From contig OZ218953.1 of the NCBI GenBank assembly GCA_965112735.1, positions 1,054,001 to 1,118,000 of the forward strand: a stretch of DNA of 64,000 nucleotides. Direction: 5' to 3'. Below the pieces are notes generated by a model, which was given only the letters and a program-made list of their open reading frames with translations, was not told where the DNA came from and ran no database searches. Every line of letters starts with the position of its first letter. The stretch's first letter is position 1. The position numbers were made by a program, and so were the translations under genes. This document shows positions 48,428 through 64,000 of the stretch, piece after piece. The DNA is from Phaeosaccion multiseriatum. Lineage: Eukaryota; Protista; Ochrophyta, other classes.

Positions 48428-51400
48428 TCATCTCGTTCTTGGAGGAGAAGTGTCACGCCTGCTCGTCCGCCGATAGCGAACCGAGTCGAGCTCTTCCGAG
48501 ACTGTCGCCAGCTGTGTCTTGGTCCGTATGAGCTGGGCCCTGTTATGTTCATTGTGTACGTACGTACGTATGGGAGGCATGGAAGGAACAAAAAGCCATA
48601 CAATACCAACTTGTGAGATACGAGTATTTATCCTACTAGGCGTCTCCTCTCGTCCTCTCCACTCACTCATCCAACCAAATCAACCACCCTCCCCTCCCCT
48701 CCCCTCCCCTCCCCTCTCCTCTCCTCCCTCCCTCTTCAACTCACCGCATTTGCTCCTGCTCAATCTCCAAGCTATCACACATCCTTTGCCAAGACGCACA
48801 CGCAATTTCCTTATCCTCCATCATACGGGCCATGCGGTCACCAAGCTCCGCCTGCTGCACAAGATAATCCCTCTTCAAATCCGTCACGCTCTCCTTGCGC
48901 TCAGCCCCCCCCTCCTCCTCCTCTCCCCCTCCCGACCCTCCTCCTCCTCCTCCTCCTCCTCCGCCTCCCCCCACTATTCCATCCCAGTTTTCCTCGTAAG
49001 TCTCATCATCCCCTCGAGCAGGATTGCTATCGGCGGCTGTGTTGGCGTTTCCTCTCTTCGTCTTGCGCTTCTTCTTACCCCCCACACCGGCCCCACTTCC
49101 CCTCTCTCCTCGGCTTGCTAAGCTATTGCTGCCATTGCTACTGATGCTGCTGCTTCCTGCCCTTGAGTCGTGGAGCTGCCGAAGGGCGTGGTCTCGTTCA
49201 GTGATGCAATTCTCAAGGGCACGATTCAGCTCCTGCACAGAGAAAGGGGGGGGGGGGGAGGAGGGAAAGACGAAGAAGTGAGATAGATGTCAGATAAGAA
49301 ACATGAAAAAACTGATAGAGCAGCAACGACAGAAACAAGAACAACAACCACAACACAACAGACGATCTTGTGGCCATTATGGCCCTCAGCCTCCGCCCTC
49401 ACCTTCACCTCCTCCGAAAGACGATTCAACGTCGCCACTTCCTTTAAGCGCTGCTGTTGTCGCTGGGCCCGTGCTTCACTCGTCTCCGCACCCGCCAAGG
49501 CGGAAGAGGCTGAGGACGAAGCCGAGCCAAGCCCTCCTCCCTCCTTCCCCCTCATCCCTCCTCCTCCTCCTCCTCCTCCTCCTCCTCCTCCTCCTCCTTC
49601 TCCCGCCCCCACCCCTCCTCCTCCTCCTCCTGCTCCTGCTCCTGCTCCTCCTCCTACTCCCCCTTTCCTGTCCCTATTCCGCTGTGCCTCCATTTCCAAG
49701 ATCCGACCATTCTGCACACCGCATTGCTCTTTAATGCGGCGCAACTCCCCCTCCAAAAGGGCAATCTTCCTCCTCGCCTGAGTGAGGTTGAGCTCTCCCC
49801 CCTCGGGCCTGCTGAAGAGCATCACCCCTCTGCTGCCGCTCCTCTCTTCGTCTCCTCCTCCTCCTCCTCCCCCGAGGTCTTCCGCCGAAGAAGAAGAAGA
49901 AGATAGCAGCAGCCTTCCGCCATCCTGCTCCTCCTCCTCTCCGCCCCCGCCTCCTCCCCCCCCTCCCCCTCCACCACCACTTCCTCCTCCCTCGCCTCCA
50001 CCTCCTCCCTCCTCCTCCAGCGCATTACTCATCCATCGAGCAGCATCTTCATCATCCATGAGCGCCCCATCCGACGCCGATCCCATTGCTGCGAGGATAA
50101 TCCTCCCGTTCTTCCCTCGCATGAGCTCCTCCCCACACTGCGCCTCTAGCTCTGCTTCGAGGTCTCTCACGTAGTCGACAAGCTCTGCGCTGCCCTTGTG
50201 TAGCCCGTCAGGAATGGTGCCTCCTCGCTCAATCACCTGTGACGTCAGTCGCGACAACGGCGGGTAGTGGTGATGACGATAGTGGTGGTGGTGGTGGTGG
50301 TAGTGTGCGGGAGCGTGAGGGTTAGCATGACACAAGTCGGGCATACTTCGAGAGAGAGAGAGAGAGACATAAAAAAAGCACACAAAAAAAAAACGCAGAG
50401 CAAAGCCAAACAGGAAATAAAAGGACAGGCTGTCTGGTCCAAGTAAGTGCCTTACCTTGGCTGCTACGATGCCCAATTTCCATTTAAGTATGTTATTCTC
50501 CTCCATTACGTCCTCGATGGTCGGCATTTCGCTGTCCCGAGCCTTGGTCTTGGCCTGAGCAAGAGAGGCGGTAGTGGTAGTGCGTTTGTGTGAGAGAGGG
50601 AGAGAGAGTGCGCCGAGTGAGAGAGGTGAGAATGGTAGAGTACGTGCGCGTGAAAGCGAGCGTGAGGGCAGAGTGAGAGGTGAGAATGATGAGAGAGAAA
50701 GGGAGGGAGAGAGTGAGAGAGAGGGAGAGAGAAGAGACGGAGACTCTAACCTCAGTGTACTCCGATGTCAAGCAGAGCCAAGCAACGTCAAAGGAACGTA
50801 CCTCCAACACCCTAACCTCAGCCTCCAGCAGCACCACCTTCTCACGCCACTGCTTTATCGTCTCCCCACGGCGCGGGTGCGACGACTGTCCTTGCTGTAC
50901 AACCAACTGCTGCTGCTGTTGCTGCTGCTGACCGAGAACAAAGTGCGGTGTCAGCGATGTAGGGCCCGCGCTACCGCTCCCTCCGGGCTGCTGCGACGAC
51001 TGATGCTCCGGATCAGAGTCCAAGAAATCGAGATCGAATTCCCCTGCCAAACTACCCAGCCACGCGACTATTCCACCTGCTGTGCCTGACCCTGCCTTGC
51101 CCTTCTTCCCGTCTCCTCCTCCTCCTCCTCCTCCTCCTCCTCCTCCTCCTCCTCCTCCTCCTCCTCCTCCTCCTCCTCCTCTTGCTGCTGTTCTGTCTAC
51201 GCCCATGGCTCCTTGGGCTTCAGCGCCTGGCACGTACGTAGGGGAAATTAAGAGCCTTTTTCTGAGGCGTTTCACTTCCTCTTCCACGGCCATCTTGCCC
51301 CGAAACTCGGTTCGGAGCAGCTCTAGCTCGCCACTATTCTGGTCGATGGTACTCTGTAGCTCCTTGACTTTGGCTTGCAAACCGGCAATGTGCTTTGCCG

Positions 51401-54400
51401 CCTCAGGAGAGGGGTCTCCGTCCTCCGTCACTTGAACCACCTTCATGCCCAGCTGTTTCAACCAACAAGTAAGTCAATACAAGGGAGGGAACAAATGCAA
51501 ATGAAAGGGAGGTCCGTTAAGGTCTACTAAGTGAAGCTACCTCTCCGTCACTTGAGCTACCTTCGTGCCCAGCTGTTTCAATCAGTAAGTCAATCACAGT
51601 GAGGAAGACTCATCGACACTCATCAAAGGGAGGGAGGGTGGCAGGGAGACTTCGTTCAGGTCTAAAAACTGGAGTTAAAGAATCAGTAGTCAATCAAAGG
51701 GAGGGAGGGACCCCGTCGGGTCTCCAAACTGAAACTCAAACTCGGTGGGTCCATTAAGTCCGTACGAAACTCGTACCTCTATGCCCGCTTGTCGCTCCCC
51801 CTGTGCTTTAGTGGTGGCCAGACTCAGACTGTGCTGAAGCTCCGTGATGCTCGCTGCAGCAGCCTTGGCCGCCTACGCGAAAAGAGAGGAGAGGGGAAGG
51901 GGACGGGGAAGGGAAGAGGAGGTATGTTCGTGCTAAGTACTTTCGACTGAGGAGGGGAGGAGGTGGGCTGGGGGTAGGCAGGGGCATAGTGAGTGTTGTC
52001 TTCATATTGATGCGTGGGTGCGTGCGTGTATCTCCCTCCCATGCCCTCGTCCCTCCCTCCCTCCCCGCCTCCATACTCCTTCCCTAACAACCAATCAACT
52101 CTTCAACGTTCAACTCACCCATCAACCAACCAACCAACCAACCAACCAACCACCCAACCAACCAACTGACTCACCTCGTCCCTTTCCTTTAGCTCCTGCT
52201 CCGCCCGGACGGCCCTGTCCTTGGCTTGCTCCTCTCTCTGCCTCGCCTCGGCCACCTCCATAGCTCCAAGCGTGCGCACGGCCTCTCCCTTCTGCATCAA
52301 CTGCACTCAGTCAGTCAGTCAGTCGGGCAGACAGGGCGAGAAACAACAAAAGAGAACCAACACAGATGAGCAAATAAAGGTGGTGTCAAAAATAATGAAG
52401 ATGGCAAAAACCCACTCTTATTGTCGTACCCCTAGGCCCTTCCTTGCACCCCCCCCCCCCCCCCACCCCTCCACTTCCCCCTCCCCCTCCCCCCCCATAC
52501 CTCGTACTCCAGCATGTCAACGGTGTCACTATCGAGCTCCCCATTTCCAATCTTCTCCTTCAGTTTGAGTTTGAGTTCACGGATCTCCTGGGCCTTGGCA
52601 AAGGTGAGCTGTTCGTGTCTGAGGCTCAGCAGCTTTGCTTCGTGCCCCACTTTAGCCCTCTCCTGCGCCATCGCCTCGTGAAGGTTCACCATCTGAGGCG
52701 AGTGAGCGCAAGGAGGAGGGTGAAAGGGAGGGGAGGGGAGGGGAGGATGAGGGGATGGAAAGAGGCGGTCGGGGCCACAGAGCACACAGCGGGGCCTTTG
52801 GACTACAGGGAAAACAGAGGGGCTCTTGAATAAAGAGCACACAGAGGGATTGAGATGGAGACACAGAGAGAGAGAGAGAGAGAAAGAAAAAAGAGCTCGA
52901 TACTGATCTCGAAGCTCACCTTGCGGCTCCACTCCTCCTTCACCCGCTCCACGTCCGCCGCTCGCAGTCTCCTCTCTGCCCCCACGAGCTGTAGCACGGC
53001 GGTCCTCTCTCTCTCCTCAGTGGCGCGGAGGGCATCCACTCGTCCTTGTGCCTCGAGCTTATGCGCTTCCAACAGGGCTTCAAGCTCGCTCACTCTGCCC
53101 TGCAGCTCCTCCTCTCTCCGCTCCTTGGCCAGTGCTTGGTCTCTCTCCTCCTTCACCTCCTCCCCCTCCTCCTCCTTCTCTTCCTCCTCCTCCTTCTCCT
53201 CCTCCTCCTCCTCATCATCATCATCATCATCATTCCCCTTCTCCTCCTCTTCCTCTTCCTCCTTGTCCTTGTTGGCGGTCTGATCCAAGCCAGCGGGGGA
53301 AGCGCTCTGTAGAGATTGTGCTCGGGCAGTCGCCATCTGCAGAGGGGGAGTGGAGGCAGGAATATATATACACAATAGAGAGAGAGAGAGTGAGAGACAG
53401 GACACATACCATACACAATAGCCACTATACACACTCGATGCCCCCTACACCTGTACCGTACCTGCAACTGAGCCTCAACGGCCTGCAGCTTCCTCAATGC
53501 TCCCCTCTCCCTCTCTTTCGCTGCATGCTCGTGCAGCAGGCCTTTGCGTCGCTGCAGCTCCAGCTGGGGGGCAGGGAGGGAGGGAGAGGAGGGAGTGAAG
53601 GGAGAGAGAGAGGGGGGGAGGGAGGCCGGAAGGGGAGAGGGGCCGGGAAGGAGGGAGGAAGGAACTGAACACCCCTGCGCACGTACCTCATCAGCGACTC
53701 GTTGGCACCGCTGAGTGGCCTCTTGGGCTGCTTTCTGGGCCCCAAGCGCAAGAGCAGCGCTCTGAGAGAAGGAGAGGGAGAGGGAGAGGGGAGACGGACA
53801 AGGAGATAGTCAGGCAGGGTCATGTCAAATGGAAGTCGCTTGTTCGTTAGGAGAGAAAGAGGGAGACATACACAGAGAGAGGGGGGGAGAGAGAGAGAAA
53901 GAAAGAGAGGAAGGGACAGAGAGGAAGGGGGGAGAGGGAGAGCTTACAGAGCGTACCTGTTCACTAAGACGCTCCTCCATGCTCTCCTCGAGAGCCTTCT
54001 TGTCCGCTGCGAGCCGCTGATTGGCACGGAGCCCTCTCTTCACGTCATCTTCCAATGCGAACACCTGAGAGAGGGAGGGAGGGAGTGAATGAGAAGGACA
54101 CATAGCCAACACAACTGTGTCTGTCCGTCCGTCTGTCAGTCTGTCTGCCTCTACCTTCCTGTCACACGTACCAGCTCAATGAGTTGTCCTGCTCGCTTCG
54201 ACGCTGCTCCAGCCGCAGAGGTCACTGCGGTCAGCTCGGCCAATGGAGCCTTCAGAGAGCAGACACGGAGAGGAGGGGGGAGGAGAAGGAGGAGAAGGTG
54301 GAAATGAATGAATGAATGCTGAACTGATGCTATGAACCTTACATTTCGCCCCTCTCGTTCACTCACGCTCAACTGGCCTACCGCCGCTAACTCCTCGTTC

Positions 54401-56847
54401 TTCTTCAGCGCTCGGTCAAGCTCCAGTTTCAGCCCCTCCGCCAACGCCAGCGCTCTCTCTGTATTCTGCTCCCCCTCCTCCCCCCCCTTGCCTTTGCCCC
54501 TGCCCTCCTCCTGTGCGATGGAGACTCGGGGGTGCGCAGGACTGCTTGTCTGGGAAGGCGCTGCCCTTCCCCTCGCTGCTGTAACACTCTTTGCAAACCC
54601 TTGTTCTCCTCCTCCTCCTCCTCCTCCTCCTCCTCCTCCTCCTCCTCCCTGTTCTTGTTCTTGTTCTTGTTCCTGTTCCTCTTCCTCTGCTCCCCCTCCT
54701 CCTCCAGGAGCAAGTGGTGAGGAGGAGGCCGTGTTGACCTTCACCTCCCCATTCACAAGCAATGGCGAATGAGCGAGCCCATTCGCGGAAGGACTGGGGC
54801 TACGGCCCACACCGACACCGCCATTCGGCAGTCCACTCTCGGCTCCTCCTCCGCCGCTATCCCTGTCGCTTTTCACTTCGTCGCCCTCCTGAAATCCACC
54901 CCCATATACTCTACTCCACGTAGCCGCCGCCGCAGCCTCTGCCTTTGCTGCAGCGTCTGCCTCGGCTGAGGTGAGGGCAGTAGACACCGGCAGCGGTGAC
55001 ACCTCTGGCGGGCCTTCCTCTTCGTCCTCTCCCTGCCAGGCATTGATTGGGTGAGGAATGATGGGGCAGGGGAGGAGGAGGAGGAGGAGGAGGAGGAGGA
55101 GGAGGAGGAGGAGGAGGAGGGGGGGGGAGGAGGAGGAGGGGGAGGAGGGGGAGGAGGAGGAGGAGAGGGAGGAGGAGGAGGAGGAGGGGGAGGAGGAGGA
55201 GGAGGAGGAGGGAGGGGGAGGAGGAGGAGTGTGGGGTGCGTTGAGAGGTGCTTGTGTAAGTATGTGTGTGTGCGGGCGCGTGGTGCCTTGCTGCACGAAA
55301 GACCGCATGGCCGCCCTCACTCTTCACTCACCAGTTTGAGGTCGCCCAAGTCTCCACCCCCTCCATCGGGGTCTTGGTCTCCCTCATCCGACCCTGCCCC
55401 TCCACTCGTTCTCGAGGAGGATACGGACGAAGCCATGGAGGGCACGGTGGCTCCCATTGGGGTACTAGCGTCACCCCCACCCCCATTCCTGGAAGAGTAG
55501 CGACTCAAGAAGTGCCCCCTGCCCCTCCTCAGTCTGTCCTTCATGGCGGCTCGGTTGATAGCCTGGAGCGGGGCTGCCACTGCCCCGTCCTCCGCAGATC
55601 GATTCCTGTCCGCCTCAAATGGACCCTTACGAGGGTCTGATCGAAGCGTGTTGTTGATGGCGATGCTGCTTCCGCCCTCGCTCACCGGGCCCGTTGCGGT
55701 AGTGACGAAGCGACACACAATGCTAACGACCACAGCGTAGTTTGAGTCCTTGCCGGCGCTGCTGGACGAGGTGCCTACGGAGAGGAGCTTTTGTTGTTCT
55801 CCCCGGCCCTCCACGCTGGCGAAGGGGGCGATGTCGATGTCGAACCTGGCCACCTGGGGTTGCTTTGAAATGGTTCATTTTGGATCAATTCATTGGTCCA
55901 ATACACGCAGACATGTGGACATTGGATGACGGAGAAGGCAGGAGTACAAAGGCGTGAAGCGAGAAAGAAAGAGGAAGAGGGGGGGGGGGGTGTGTATGGG
56001 GGGGGCACGGATGGGAGGGGGGCGGGGAATGCGATAAGACTAGAGGCTATGTTACACCCACTATACACATACTGCATACCTTCTTCTGTGCAGGGTTGGC
56101 CGACTTGAGCTCCAGCACGTACGTCTTGGGCTGATACTTGCCCTTGCTACGGAACAGCGTGCTTTTCATCTCCATCAGTTCTCCCCAATAACACTCGGCC
56201 CCCGTCACGTATACCTGCAAGAGGGAGGGAGGGAGGGAGGGAGCGATACAGATGCACAGACGGGCGGACGGACACATGTATGCACGCACGCACATCAAAG
56301 GAGTAGGAGTAGGTGTGGTTAACGCAAAGCACTCAGAGGCAGCAGCCCTGGCTTGGATGGAGGAGTCACCACTTTAGATGGACGGTGAATAGGGCGGGAT
56401 GTGGCCACGCGATCACATATAGCCCCCCGCTCCCCCCCCCCCTACCTACCTCGTTGCTACTGGTCCTCTTCTTCCCACGGGTTAGAGTCATGATCATCGA
56501 CTCGGGCTCTGCGCTGCCCTTGGGCCGGAGCAGCTTCTCGACGGTCACTATGGGAAGAGAGGGCAACAAGAGGAGGTGTGTGAGCAGGGTCGGGCTGGGT
56601 GAAAAGGGAAGGACAAGGAGGAGGAGGAGGAGGAGGAGGAGGAGGAGGAGGAGGAGGAGGAGGAGGAGGAGGAGCGAGGGGGGATGCCCGTACGCATGGC
56701 AGAGAAGAGAGAGGGAGAGGGAGGAAGTACGAGAAGAGAGAAAGGGAGGGAGGGAGAGAGAGGTAGAACGAGTCATTCTTTCTCACATTCTAACTGGTGC
56801 ACATAGCCCGTCTTGTTAACGCGCCCAGCCGCCCTCAAGATGGACAT
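48428..56847 (-). CDS. NT-C2 (EEIG1/EHBP1-type) domain + long coiled-coil protein, about 18 exons (first five 56847-56787, 56547-56450, 56214-56080, 55853-55332, 55032-54382; last ~48539-48428)
   Basis: Spliced N-terminus MSILRAAGRVNKTGYVHQLELTVEKL..TLTRGKKRTSS..CYWGELMEMKSTLFRSK..KTYVLEL..VARFDIDIAPFAS fits the NT-C2 pattern. Downstream exons are E/L/R/K-rich heptads with poly-G/E linkers. Confidence 0.72.
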
Positions 56848-57640
56848 GGTGCCTGCCGTGCCGGGCAGACTCCTCTGCCGGGTGACTCCTTGGCCCCTCT
56901 GCATCCTTCCCCTCTACAATCTCCCCGGGAATCAGGCAGGGAGGCCTGGTTCTCCTCTCCTCCTCTTCGTTGGTTCAGCTTCTCTCCCACGCGGAGGTGC
57001 TCCTCCTGTGTGACGACGCGCAGTTTGAGTCCGGGGAATTTTTAATCCTGTTCACCGAGGGGCGGCCTTGGCGAACCTCCCCCTCCTCGTCCCCTTCCTC
57101 CCTCCCTCTTACACCCAAGGGATCCAATCGCGCAATTGTCTTTACTGCCCTACTCCTCTCCCATCCCCCCTCTCATCTTGTAACTCTCCAACTTTTGTCA
57201 ACATATTTTTCACGCTTGGGCGTTCCACCTCGAGGCTCTTTCTCTGCTGCTCGCCAAGCCAAGCCCTGCAGATTGGGGCGCAGAGTACACTCTTAGTACC
57301 ACCAATGCAGCTTTGGGCGTTGCTGTGCCAACCTCCGCTTCTTCCCTCTCTCTTTGTTTGTTTGTCCGTCGTGCTTTAGTTGGGCTCTCATTCAGCGAGA
57401 CCCCCCGGGGGCTTCATTGACAGGGGGAGATATTTTAACTGCCTGCTGCTTCGTTGCTCTACGCTCTCTCTCAGGCTTTCTCTCTCTTACCACTGCCTTG
57501 TAGCTGCTCGTTTCTTTCATGTGATTTGCTTGTACGTCTTGGCCACCACTATCGACAGACCGGGAGGTATGGGGATCTAATGTGCGTGTACAGTGGCACT
57601 TCGGGCGGCAGCGGTGTCTCGGGAGGAAGGCTGGAAAGAG

Positions 57641-64000
<6,360 letters not shown>

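Overview
Eukaryotic nuclear DNA, gene-dense and intron-rich. It is most consistent with a photosynthetic stramenopile (ochrophyte), inferred from signal-peptide + F-cleavage bipartite plastid leaders on DVR and ferredoxin. Almost all long ORFs in the six-frame track are artefacts of intronic microsatellites. Manual splicing yields 12 protein-coding genes: DEPDC5/Iml1 (5'-partial, +), RlmN-type radical SAM methyltransferase (+), 8-vinyl reductase DVR (-), FdC1-type ferredoxin (+), Sec14/CRAL-TRIO (+), PAB-like (+), two tandem secreted C-type-lectin/mucin/8-Cys-repeat paralogs (+), a 7TM-RGS protein (-), DUF3326 (+), an NT-C2 coiled-coil protein (-) and a tandem-CH-domain protein (3'-partial, +). 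No rRNA, tRNA, CRISPR or transposase was recognised. The most notable observations are: (i) the lectin-mucin pair, built from phase-2 exons carrying a circularly permuted 8-Cys module, with patchy gene conversion; (ii) exon-intron junctions copied into introns, including a CRISPR-looking array of six 5' splice sites; (iii) transcription-oriented polarity of intronic microsatellites; (iv) an iteron/hairpin cassette between the lectin paralogs; (v) a dispersed CAGTTGGTGATACAG motif that also forms a MITE-like inverted repeat; (vi) complementary minisatellites flanking three exons, as in circRNA loci. All gene models are hand-derived and all family calls come from recalled motifs, not from database searches.
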